Positions 1 to 11,435 are shown, numbered from the stretch's first letter. The stretch: DNA of 33,000 nucleotides from Dicyema japonicum (GCA_011109175.1 RDEW01000005.1:1732657-1765656); one strand, 5' to 3'. The notes: generated from the letters alone by a model not told the origin. Made by a program: numbers and translations.

Positions 1-965
1 ATGTCCGGCGTCTCCGAAATCCTCTTAATATAGAAGGATGGATTATGGTCGCTGGAAAAACCATAATTCACATCCCATGTAGTAATTCCTGCTAAAGAGA
101 TTATTTTAAAGCCGCATGGCGCCATGTGGTGCTTCGTGGCTAATTGGTTAGACGTTTCTGTTTGTTCGTCTGTTCCTCCTCTCTCTTCCTATTAGAGTGG
201 CTTCATGTGATCCACCTGTCTAGGTGGCGCCCAGTGCCAGGCCGGCACGAAAAAGGATCATTTACTCTCCCCCACTCCACTGGAGGGGTTTCAACAACTG
301 CAACTATGGACGTCTTTTACCCATATGTTGATTCCGGATTGACTCTGTTTCTGTGGAAACTGGATGCAATCAAGTAGTTGTTTACTTTAACTTCTTTCTC
401 GGTGTATCCAGGGTTAATAAATAAAAAAATAAAATAATTCCTGCTAAAGAGAGTGAACATAGGGTTAAATTTAAGTGCAGCTATCAGTGCTCCTTAATGG
501 GGTTCTTGTGTGTAATTTAGGGTCATTCAGGATAATCATATCAATAAGACCATTTACGATGAACTCTCCTCGGCTGTAAGAGGACTGTGAAGCAAGTCAA
601 ACTGGGTGTCGGGCATTTAGGTCGCCGCATATTAGAACGTTCTTTAGAACTGAGAGGCGGGGTATATTTGGGGTGTAGGATTTTGGGCAGGATCCTGTGG
701 TCGAATATATAGGTTAATCAAATTAATTCAAAAAGACGGGTACATTTCCATTTTGATGGAGATCTGCTTCATGGTATCGTCTGAGCCCAAAAGTTATGAG
801 GTTCGTCGACTCATGTCAATGAAAGGTATACCGTTCTTTATAATTGTGAGTAGTCCTCCGTCTGGTCTTCCCTGACGGTTTTTACGGATTACTGTGTATC
901 CCGAGAAAGAGGGTGTTGGCGTGGAGGATGAGAGCTTGGATTTCTGGATTAGAGCTTGGATTCTA
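1..965 (-). mobile_element. Decayed APE-type LINE, endonuclease region, interrupted by a family A insertion
   Basis: Minus-strand translation gives APE motifs GYTVIRKNRQGRPDGGLLTIIK (ORF 794-1012), NVLICGDLNARHPV (~600-641) and FSSDHNP (~39-59), with stops and frameshifts. Confidence 0.85.
101..434 (+). mobile_element. SINE-like family A, full copy with 18-bp target-site duplication
   Basis: Flanked by a perfect direct repeat TAATTCCTGCTAAAGAGA (83-100 and 435-452). Has an A-rich tail and an A-box-like TGGCTAATTGG near the 5' end. Colinear with the copy at 24721-25047. Confidence 0.9.
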
Positions 966-1125
966 TAACACAATTCGGTTCCGCATTGATGAAACACTGA
1001 TGACGGCGTCACTCGTCAACTTAGGAGCATCGTAGATACGTGAACCTTACCGAATGGATAGCAGTGAGATTCGAACTTTGGACTTTCTGGTATTTGGTTC
1101 GGAGCTTATTACACAGTCCATCAAA
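965..1125 (-). mobile_element. tRNA-headed SINE family B, 5' part
   Basis: B-box GTTCGAATCTC on the minus strand and the family core GACGAGTGACGCCGTCATCAG at 997-1017. Confidence 0.85.
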
Positions 1126-1719
1126 TGTCATTATACATCAAATTTATAAATAAATCTTTTTCATGGAAACCAAATTTCAATTAAATAAACGATCAATTCA
1201 GTTAGCGTTTGTTTCTGGGAGGAGTATTGAAGTTTAGCAATGTCTTGGTTCATGGTCTGCAAACTATGAACTTTAAAACTGTCAAGGTTATTAATATGTG
1301 ATCAAAAGAATATTCAACAAATTGCTTAAATCAAACTCAGGGATCATTAAGAGCTCCTCTAGAAAATTTTGAATGATTGCATATTCGAATCTGCAAAATA
1401 ACTAAACGCTGATTAAAGCGGCCTTACATGACTAATGCAAGTAACCTTGTAACATGCCAAAATTCCATGTCAATCATTTTACGGTCAAAAATTCAAATTT
1501 ATCTTTGATTAGTGATTTACCGATTTAATAAAAACGGCTAATTAAAGAAATTATTTCAAAGCTTTCTTGGATTAAAAATCGTGTCCGCTAATCAATTGAA
1601 AATCTAACACAAACTCTCATATTAAAATGAATTTTGTGTTAAAAACTTTTACCCCGTAATTTTGTGGATGACGTCGAATCCAAAAGTTTCTCGATAAAAT
1701 AACTCAAATAGTTAGTGAA

Positions 1720-1990
1720 AAGCTTATGAAACATTCTGGACAAAAAAATCATGAGGTCACCGGTTCAAATCTCGCTGCTGTCCATTCGGTTAAAAGTTCT
1801 ATGTATCTACGATGCTTTGGGGTTGACGAGTGACGCCGTCATCAGCGTTTCAACACTGCAGAACGGGATTGTCTTCTGGAACTCACATCCAAACTAAAAG
1901 AATAGAACAAAGTCAAGAACCCTTTAAATATCTTGGATATGCCTGGATTCATTTAAAATTAAGTTTGAGTCCTGCCTAAGGTGGGGTTAA
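1720..1990 (+). mobile_element. SINE family B copy
   Basis: B-box GGTTCAAATCTC, core at 1825-1845, and downstream blocks (CTCACA..CAA, GTCCTGCCT) shared with the other copies. Confidence 0.85.
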
Positions 1991-2225
1991 GTAATGGAAA
2001 CATTACCTACTCCTTATCGGGTGAGGCTGTTATTATTTATTATGAAACGTTCTAGTGGTGCAGATAAACACAAGTAATTATCACACATGACCATGGCACT
2101 TATGCCCAGCCCAAGAAACTCAAGAACAATTGCGAGTCTCTCCCACACCCCTAAAACACAAGTAATTAGTATGAATTTATTTAAAAAATCAGTCAATTTA
2201 TGAGTAGAATGGGGGAAAGCAATGA

Positions 2226-3348
2226 TTATATTTCCGATTTGTTTGTTATACAAAATGCGTTCAACTTCTCTCTAATTGACCCAAATTTATGTATTCTCTC
2301 AAGTTCTTCCATACTGACAATATTTACGTTGTCACAAATGTCAGGAACTCTGAAGCACCTTTTGGTCACATTACGACTGAGTACGAGAATATTCTAATTG
2401 ATTAAAGTACATACTTCTTTCATGGGTTCAACGACACTGTTGACTGTTTTTAAATTAAACAATCTTTGTATTTTCATCCGTTTTGTGAGAAGAACTGTGT
2501 CATACATTGAAATAATTTTGCAAATGATGTACTGTCGCTTGCTTCTAACTGTCTTTCGTATTCTGACATAAGACCCAACCTAATATAAACTTTATAAAGC
2601 ATAACTCTGTATATTTTAGACCCGTGCTTCACGGCCTTGTAAAATGTTTTTTTCGCGCGACCCCGTTCGCCCACTGTGGTAACTCCCTTCCCGAGCCACT
2701 TCCACCCATTAATCTCTAGAATTCGGTTACTTCAAATACTATTTTCCTCGACAGTGGAATTATCATTCGAAGAACTGTCGACGTCAGTTTCATTGGTGTT
2801 GATTGTAGGTGGATTGGAAATTAAAGTCTGATTATTTGCTACGGGGGGACTTGGTTCCATTTATCTGATATAGTTTTTGTTATTTGATTTTGGGGTTGAT
2901 AAGAATTAAAACAGGGCAGCTGGGGATATTTGAAAAATTTTGATAGAATAATAAATTCAGATTGACCGGAAAATAAGGATTTGGAACTGGTGGATACTGG
3001 GAGTTGAACATGTATGGTTGGCAAAAAAACCCATTCACTCTTTTCATAGTTTCTTCAGCATTTTGAAAATCTACAAATTAAACTAGTAAAGAAATTTATA
3101 TTCACTTGAGAGCATTGACAAATAACTGAATAATTCGGGTTGATTTTGTTGATTTTGCTAAATTTTAATTATCATTTAACCTCGGGATTGTGGTACAAAA
3201 GTGGGTTCGTAAAGTGAAATTGGGGATTTACTAAACATTAGCAAATAACATATGTGAAATAATTCAAATAAATACTCCGAAAGGCGTTATTTACAGTATA
3301 AGTGTCACACGTGTGGTCTTTCTGATCATTGATGAGGTTGGGATTCAT
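2226..3348 (-). CDS. BAH (bromo-adjacent homology) domain protein with a P/Q/N/S-rich N-terminus; 7 micro-introns; one apparent frameshift at a G6 run
   Basis: Removing GT-AG introns 2716-2739 (24 nt), 2580-2605 (26 nt) and 2394-2414 (21 nt) gives an open frame from ATG 2860 to TAA 2226: ...GWKWLGKGVTTVGERGRAKKTFYKAVKHGSKIYRVGSYVRIRKTVRSKRQYIICKIISMYDTVLLTKRMKIQRLFNLKTVNSVVEPMKENILVLSRNVTKRCFRVPDICDNVNIVSMEE.... This follows the BAH pattern (FY....G..YRVG..V, YI.KI..MY, N.L.LS, I...V.IV). Upstream exons from ATG 3348 use introns 3231-3275, 3158-3180, 3071-3105 and 2920-2966; these are less certain. Confidence 0.8.
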
Positions 3349-3509
3349 TCAATTCTACAAGTATACGGCAATACTGCTTAAATAATCGGCGCATCGCGCA
3401 ATAAATAATCAAGTAAATATCCGCAATAATAATTAGCCTTAAACTAAATTTTAATTTTAAACCGCAATTATAAAATTTAAACTAGATATTAAAATGAATT
3501 GACTTCACT

Positions 3510-3665
3510 AGATGGGTTCCCTGGGAGTTCTCTTTCTTGCCGTTGGTTTTGGGTGGAGTTGTGAGCCATTAGAAGGTTTGCTTCTACGTCCGCGGAAACT
3601 GGGTACACTTAGTGGTTTACTGTTAACTCCCTCTCGGTTTTTCGGTGTTAGTAAATAAATGAAAT
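3510..3665 (+). mobile_element. 5'-truncated retroposon 3' end with a family A-type tail
   Basis: GGAAACTGGGTACACTTAGTGGTTTAC...CTCTCGGT...GTTAGTAAATAAAT aligns with the family A tail GGAAACTGGATACACTTAATTAGTTG...TTCTCGGTG...GTTAATAAA. Confidence 0.6.
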
Positions 3666-4164
3666 TAAATTAGCCTTTTGCAGTAAATAATAGGATTTTT
3701 AAAATTTCAATGATTTTAAACTTTTTTTAATATTAAACGATCTAACCATGTCTTTTTGGAGCAAATTAAATGCCTTACTTTAGTTCCTGTTTTTGTTAGG
3801 TCCTTTATCAACTTTTCTGAAGAAGCTGATTTTATTATTAATAAAACCGCAAATATCCTAAATTGACATTTGACCTTTACACTTCAACATCAGACTTTTT
3901 TCACATCGATTTGTCAAAATATTGTCATCGTGATAAATTAAACTACAAGTTATTAAAGTATCAGTTTATATTTGTTATGACTCATATTAGTCTCATTTAA
4001 CGACTCGTTGGGAGATTTGCAAAAATTGGCTCTTTCACAGCAACTTGTTAGGTAGAATAAAAATCATATTCTGTGTAGTCATTTCTTTGTGTACTGATTA
4101 AACATAAATTAATTTTTAAATCCATTTGCCCTAAAATTGGCAATTAAAAAAATATAATTTGAGA

Positions 4165-4310
4165 CAATTAGGTACAAGGACTGGAGATCCCATGAGAGCT
4201 GCTGGCTATCTGAGGAATCTCACTCGTCATCTGAGGGGAATAGCCGCTGTATGACTTTTTGGATAGTTTAGCTGGATTATTTAGATTATTATTTATTAAT
4301 TTAAATTTTA
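4165..4310 (+). mobile_element. CRE-clade retrotransposon, extreme 3' fragment
   Basis: AGATCCCATGAGAGCTGCTGGCTATCTGAGGAATCTC...GGGAATAGCC matches the reverse complement of ~13796-13858, which encodes the CRE C-terminus (D.RE..WL.ERIS...RGN). Confidence 0.7.
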
Positions 4311-5489
4311 AAATAAAAAAGCTAAGTGACTGATATTGGGAGGGGATTGCAATTTTTCTGATTAATAAACCGAAATATCTGCCTGATTTACCTAAGACAC
4401 GTAAAAAATAAATGTGCCGTCGTAAATCTCCAATACAGCTATCGGTAGGCTAAATCTCATTTGATGCTTTTATGAAGTTTAAAGTCCTCTTTTTAAATCA
4501 CCCTGATGTCTTCAATTACTTAATTAGAACCTCATCCCCTTGTCCTCTAAAATCAGTCTTTTTGAACTGACGCCCTATCACGACATCATTTTGATTTATG
4601 ATTTCTGATCGAATTGAAGATTAAAATAATCATTTTTTAAGTATCAAATAAAATAACAATTCAACTAACCACAAATAATCACATTTAGATATTTAAAAAA
4701 TTAAAAATTGCTTAGAAATAACATTAATTACTGCCATCACTTAAAATTACTATAAATTTTAACCCTGATAACTAAATCCGATAATATTATGTGAGTCTGT
4801 GGAGACGAAGACTGGGACAATCAAGAATGTGATTGTTAAGCTATTTTCACTGTGATTTGAAGATGTGTTGGAATCAAACACTGCAATTATTGTAGTAAAT
4901 AAAGATTTTTCTCTAAAATTTTTTTTGAAGACGAATTTACTTGAACTTTCATTTAATTAAAAAATCGATTATTTTGCGGCCATGTTTGATTATTCATAAA
5001 TTGCTGATAGCCAATATTAAATCTAATACCCTAGAGATAACATTAATTTGTGGCTAATTATGTTTCTAAAATAATTCTAAACTGAGATCTTGCATTTAGG
5101 CTATTTCGGAGTACTGTCACCATCTTTTATTCAAAAACAAGCTAAAATGAATTCAGATGATGTAGAACCTCAGATATGTGGAGTAACATCATCTTTCATG
5201 TCTTTATTGAATTTTAAAGAAATAGTTTATTATTTCAAAGCATCAGTCTTAGTTGGCTAATTTTTACTGTTTTTGGAACTTAAAATATGTCAATTCTTAT
5301 TGACCTTGATCAATGCCTTGTAAGGATCTACATGCTATGAAAGATATGGGAGATTTGTTGGACTTTTGAGAGAACAATATTCTCAAACAAGTTTAAATCG
5401 AAATTATTTTAAAATTCCTACATTAATGCGTACTCATTGCCCTTAACCTGTCAAAAAATCAGATTGTTGATTTAATCCAATTTTATGAA

Positions 5490-5785
5490 TTAAACTGCAT
5501 TTTTACGCAGAGCCATATTAGCTATAGCACTGCTTAGGCAGGACACACACTTTATTCAAGTAAAGAACAGTTATTAGAAATAATCGATGAGGGAAAACCA
5601 AGGAATGCTCTTCACTTCATTTTGTTGGGTGTATGTCATATGTAGACGATCCGGTTCCGCAGTTAAATCTTCACTGATGACGGCGTCACTCGACAAGCCA
5701 AAGCATCAAGATGCGTGGAACCTTCAACCGAAATGTACAAGAGACCATCGGCCTCTTGCCAGGAGCTCGTTACAATGCACTGATT
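5490..5785 (-). mobile_element. SINE family B copy (head partly deleted)
   Basis: Core at 5674-5694 (20/21 match). Colinear with 12091-12428 through the 3' stem-loop. Confidence 0.9.
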
Positions 5786-7103
5786 ATGAATTGGGAGAGT
5801 AAAAGCCTTAATTAGGAGTTATTTTGAATTTATGGACATTCCCTAAAGAAAATAAAATATTAAGGTTAACAAAAACAGTTCTAATCTGAATTGTTGAGAA
5901 AAATGAGTCCAGGGATGGCTGAGACTAGCTACCGAGATACGGTTGTTTCTTCTGACAATAGCTATCGAGATACGCTCCCGAAATCACTAAGCTTCATGTA
6001 GATCCTTGGTGAACCTTTTGATGATTGATCTGATACCTCGGAATAGGTTGTCTGCCTGCAAGCCAAGGATTCCTGACGTCTTAACACCAAAAATACCCTC
6101 TGAAATACTTCAGTACTTCCTTTTCTTCTGATCCTCGGCTTATTTAGAAACATGTCCTGGGTTGACGCATAAGCAGCCAAATAGCATTTATACTGCTATT
6201 TTTTGAATAAAATGAATTTCCGGAATTCATCAATCTTTTCATAGTAGACATTCCAAGGAACTTAAAATCAGGGGGTGTTTACGTTATGACCAAAAATGTA
6301 GTGTAAGTTATAGTGCTTAGTCAAATATAACTTAAAATTATAATGTGGTTTTCGTCATGGTTAATGTGGTAAAAATTGACACGTGAAACCTTTTATTCAT
6401 TAAATTAAAGAAAATTAGAGGTTATTCGAAAGTACTGATTAGTGGCAGAAACTGATTAATTCATATTTTATAAATTCAGAAAGATGTTCATGAAACAGTA
6501 AATTTGAGCATAATTTTGTTAAGTTGTCAAATTTATCGTGAGATTATTGCTCAAACTTTTACATTTTTGGAACGTGGCAAAAAATCTGATATAATGTGAG
6601 AAGTTGGAAACAAACCATAAAAAGATATAAATGATAAAATGAGAGGTGTGCCCTGAAAATACCTCTCAGAATGGATCCGACGGTACTTGTCTCGATATTT
6701 TGAATACACTTGCGGATATCTAGGATGACTAAAATACACGTTACTTGTCAACCAAAGACCTAAGGAATTCACAAATAAAGCTAAATGAGGCTGAGAATTT
6801 ATGTACTCTCCACAAAATCGCATCCTCAGAGAGAACGTCGAAGCATTTCACAGAATGAATCGTCAGCGGTGCTGCACAAGCGATGAGAAGATAATTCTTG
6901 CATATTGTGCATAATGAGATTAATCGGAATTTTGAAAAGGTGGCGCACCTCTATTGCAAGAAATTACTTCATGATGGGTGAAAACCCTTTTCTTCCTTCT
7001 CGTTTGATTGGACGAAATGACGGACTCATGAGACATTGGAAACCCAAAGCATTAAGGAATTGTCGTGTGCGCGTAGGATTCAGGTTCATCGAGTTCAGAA
7101 TAT

Positions 7104-7346
7104 GAATACTTAATGTTCTGCTTTTGCTGTGCTTTTCACTATTCGTTCTACCAGTTTTCTCCATGTAACTTTCTTCCTCGCATATCTCTTCAGTTCATCG
7201 ACTTTGTATCGTTCCAAATCCATGCATAAGGTCTCCTGTTTAGTGTTCGAAGCGAATCCTCTGACTTTGAAAGTTGCAAATGTAAACGGGGTAGATTAGA
7301 CAGACTGAGAGTACGATAGACATTATTAGATATGTGTCAACCACTC
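7104..7346 (-). mobile_element. Non-autonomous bipartite RTE-like derivative (5' leader + APE start fused to the ORF C-terminus)
   Basis: Encodes FATFKVRGFASNTKQETLCMDLERYKVD, followed directly by the C-terminal RYARKKVTWRKLVERIVKS. Homologous to 12590-13047. Confidence 0.8.
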
Positions 7347-8399
7347 AAATAACGTATATGATAGCTAATATGAGATTCTAATGAGTTAACATACACTTTT
7401 CAGAAGTTGTATTATTTATTTAAACCAACAAATGTATTATCTTTAAATACGTAACAATTTGATAAACTTCCTCCAATAGTGAAAATGCCGTAGCGTTTCC
7501 TCCAAAAACCTAACTCCCTAAAAAAATTATGGTCGAAAGCCTAAAATCTAATCGGATTGCTATTTTCCAATTATTGGGAGTGTATTCCCTTATACGGTTT
7601 GTATAGAAATTGTTCAATCACCCATCCCTCTTCTCAGTTGTCTTCCTTTTGCTGTCAACGATCTGATGCTACATAAGAAGGGAAGCTATTTAGGTCCTAG
7701 AATCCCCGAGGTTTCAGCTGAGATAAATTAAAAATTAGGTTATATTAATAATTTTCACCTAAGATGAAGTGTTTGTTCCTCTCGCTGTGAAACATCTGGA
7801 GACCTCGAACACTAGTCCTACGTTTTTTTCAAAAGACTATGATAACTCATTTTAACCCGCTCATGGGAGCTGATATATTTCCTCCCAGTCCAGAACAAGA
7901 ATAGCTACTAATTCAGACAGTTGTTTCCTAACTCCAATTTTTTGCTTTTGGTTTTATAAAAAATGAATTAACCTGATTTTGTAGTAATTTGTGATTTATC
8001 AAGTAATACAACATGTTTTAACCTACTTAACCCTTCATTCTCCAAACTTTTTTCATCGAGTGGCTTCTAGAGATCAGGTGATTTTTTATTATCTGACTAT
8101 TTGAAAAATCTACTAGAAGGATATCAATTAGATTTACAAATTTATTTTGTGACGACATCCTTCGGCTGGCTGTCCTAAAATTGATGAAAGCAAGCGAATT
8201 AAACAATTCGAGGCTTAAATTTAACAAAATTTCTACGCGAAAGGATTTTTCGAAGAAATCAGTCATTCCAGTATTTCAAGTCTTTAATTTATTATATCAC
8301 GTGGTTTATGCTAGTCTTGTTAAAACCATGTGGTTAACCGCATCCATTTATTAATATTTATTTTAACAGGAAAATTAAGGCCAAGTTTGAATGAAAATA

Positions 8400-9000
8400 C
8401 GTAAATATGCACTAGTCTCAGGTTACTATGTCATCTGGTCAACTATCATCAGAAGGTTCCAAAATCGTGATTCGACACACTTTGTATTTAAGACAAATAC
8501 TTAGTTCGAAAGCTGGAATTCATCAATAAGAAGAAAAACAATGCCTTTCTCACTTTGTGAAGCAATAGGAGCATTCTGTGTGGTAGAATACAGAGTTCTG
8601 ATCAATTAACAACTTTCACAAATGATTCGCCTCTCAATCGTTAAATTCTGGCGGATAGCCACTGGAGATTATTCGACAATTGGGATCCTTACTTGGTGAT
8701 AGTGAGGACATGATGTATAGAAGAGTTCTTGAATCAAGATGGAGACTGTTTGGGCACGTGCTTAGAATGGACATAAACGCCCCTGCAAATATAATAATGG
8801 ACAAGTACTTTACAATGAGAACAAACCATCGTTCAGAGGAACACCCAGAGTCACTCTACCCGTGGCTCTGAACAAGGATATTAATGGAAGAAAACTTAAA
8901 TCTGCAGAAGACCTGGAAGATCTACGGACAGATACGTAAAGCAGAGAGCGATCGAGTCTGTACTACATTTGGTTTATAATTTTGCAAGAACGGTAAAGAT
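8400..9000 (+). mobile_element. Decayed RTE-clade LINE, C-terminal region
   Basis: RRVLESRWRLFGHVLRM..NAPA, then RGTPRVTLP...NKD: the typical RTE RW..FGHV.RM / RG.P motifs. Confidence 0.8.
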
Positions 9001-11208
9001 GCCATGTGCTAATTGCGCTGCCGTGGGTTTGATTTCTTGATGACTACTTTGATGAAAGTTTCTTCTTCCTCTTTCCTCTGTTCTTGATGCTGGCTGCACA
9101 TGGTGTTATTTGACCCACCCTGCTTTAAATGAAAGATTGAGTTCCAAAAAATACAATTTGATCTTCCCAATTTTACGATCATTCCCTGGAGTAGCCACAA
9201 CTGTGTCATAGTGGAAAATACTTTCAGGATTAAGTTTCCTCTATTTCAAGACGGTCTTTGTGACGACTTTGGGGTCTGGATTTACTTAATTAGCTTGCAT
9301 GGAAAAAACATTTACCAAAGGACCAATTAAATGACCCATTTTCCAGGATTCATTAGACTCACTTCCCAGCTTCTCCAATGAACCGAAAAACTGCATGAAA
9401 GATACGTCCCGTATTTACTTTTCCCAAAGTTATCAAAGGAAAATAAAAATATCATAAATGATAGGTAGGATCGAATGGTCCTTTTTGTGTCTTGTAAAGG
9501 CTTGGGGTTAGGGAATGCAGCACGTGACACCTAGTTGTTGTCGTCACTAATTCATTATTACTGTTTTCTGGAGTGACTTTATGAAATCAATATCTGTCAA
9601 AATATTTGGAGTTGTCTCCTGATGCTTCCAGAATTAGATGGATAGGCTATCCGAAAGTTATCCACTGAAGAAGTTACGAGAATTTACATCCAATCAGTCA
9701 TCTTGAAAAAAACTTTAGAAAATATGGTGCATGGCGACATGCACAGAGATAGGGTCTCCGATGGAGATTTCATATCTGCTTCGAATCAACTTGTGAAAGT
9801 GGCTTGTGTCAACTATGTGGAAGCACAGTTCAAAGTTGGAAGAGAAGAAATGGCTGACTCCATTATGGATAAAAGGGGGATCAGTTGGTGGTACATTCTT
9901 CTAAGAGGAAAAGAACAGAACCAGACATGACAACACCACAGCGGAAAACCTCACACTTCTCGTGTAGGTAAACTATAAGTCATTCGCAACTCGGAAAATT
10001 GAAGAGCGTGAAAAATACTAAACTGGAAACAAATCTCGACAATACCTGTTATGGATATTGGCCATCCGCCAGTCTGACTATTTAATTTGAAAATGAAAGG
10101 TTGCCTCAAAGTCATAAACCATTATTCTGGCAGATAATTGAAATCATAAATTGAATTCAGGATAAGGGATTGCTCAGTCAGAGAGCAAATGATGACACAA
10201 TTAAGAACGATGTTTTTCAAATCAAGCAAAATTAGGTATTTCTTATGGAATTATCGAATGTATTAGAAGTCAAGGATTTTACTGATAATTCTGCCTTAAA
10301 CTCGTGGGGTGTAAAAATATGGCACCACCCAGTTAACCCGAAAGTATATATAAAGTCATTCATACAACATATGAAATATCCCGGACTTTGTACATCGAAA
10401 GGAAAATTGATGTAACGTACAAGTATGGAGACTTAACCAAAATAGAAATATTTTGTGTTTATTGATTTCTTGGGGAAACTGTCTTGGTAGAAGTCGGTTA
10501 GTAAGCCCTACCGTTTCATATTACTTCTCCAGTAACTTCACTAGCAGTGTTTACTTATAATAACTTACTTAGAAATACCTTGTGGTGTGTAGGCGAAACG
10601 AACTGCGCTGAGAGTAGGACTCATAGATTCTAGACACTATCTTCCTGTAGGTAATTATAACTGTAAATAAATAGGTATTTTGATTGTTAGTTCTGAATAC
10701 TAGGAATTCTCATTAAGTTCTCGTTCTTTTATACTTCCTTTATTCGTTTCAAAAAAGTGGTATAGTACTCACATCCCGAATAATATTTTTTTGTTAAATC
10801 AGTCAAGTAGGTATTAAAAGAAAAGAAATCGAAGATCTAAATAAATATTTACTTTCTGAAAGGGAAATAAGATCAAATTGAGAAGGTTCATGTCGGATCG
10901 AAAATCAAAATTCCTCTCAAAATGACAAATTCACGAACCCTCCAGTTTTTAGAAATCCCACATTATCTTTTGTCATAAGGACACGTGTCGTGGGTGGATA
11001 TTAGTTTAATTTTTTTTCTATTTTAAACACGACAATTCTTCAGTACAGTTACACGATAAGAGCTTTCTGATTGACATTTTTGAGACGATATTATTTTCAT
11101 GAATTCACCGTGGATATTAGGAGACATAGAAACCCAATGTTCTTAACGAAGAAAATGTTGAATACATGCAGGATCCAGATTTAAATAAAAGTCACAAATA
11201 AATCATAA

Positions 11209-11435
11209 GGCTTGACGAGTGACGCCGTCATCAGTGGACATACACTGCGGAACTGGATAGTCTAAAAAGACATACACCCAAGAAAAAGAAAACAAAGAAG
11301 TGAAGAGTATTCTTGATCCTCCCTCAATTAGCTATTACAACTGTTCTTTGCTTAAATAGAGTGTGTGTTCTGCCTGTGGGGAGCTATAACTGATATGGCT
11401 CCTCGGAAAGTGCGAACATTATTATTAAATAAATC
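11209..11435 (+). mobile_element. SINE family B, 5'-truncated copy
   Basis: Begins just before the core (11214-11234). Ends with the stem-loop GAGCTATA-ACTGA-TATGGCTC and an ATT/AAAT tail. Confidence 0.9.

Noticed and set aside
6560-7090. Integrase-like or host coding fragment
   Set aside because: Two frames look vaguely protein-like, but stop density is near chance and no motif is reliable.
9010-9970. Short ORFs 9009-9209, 9327-9530 and 9703-9930
   Set aside because: No recognisable motifs or splice structure; left unassigned.
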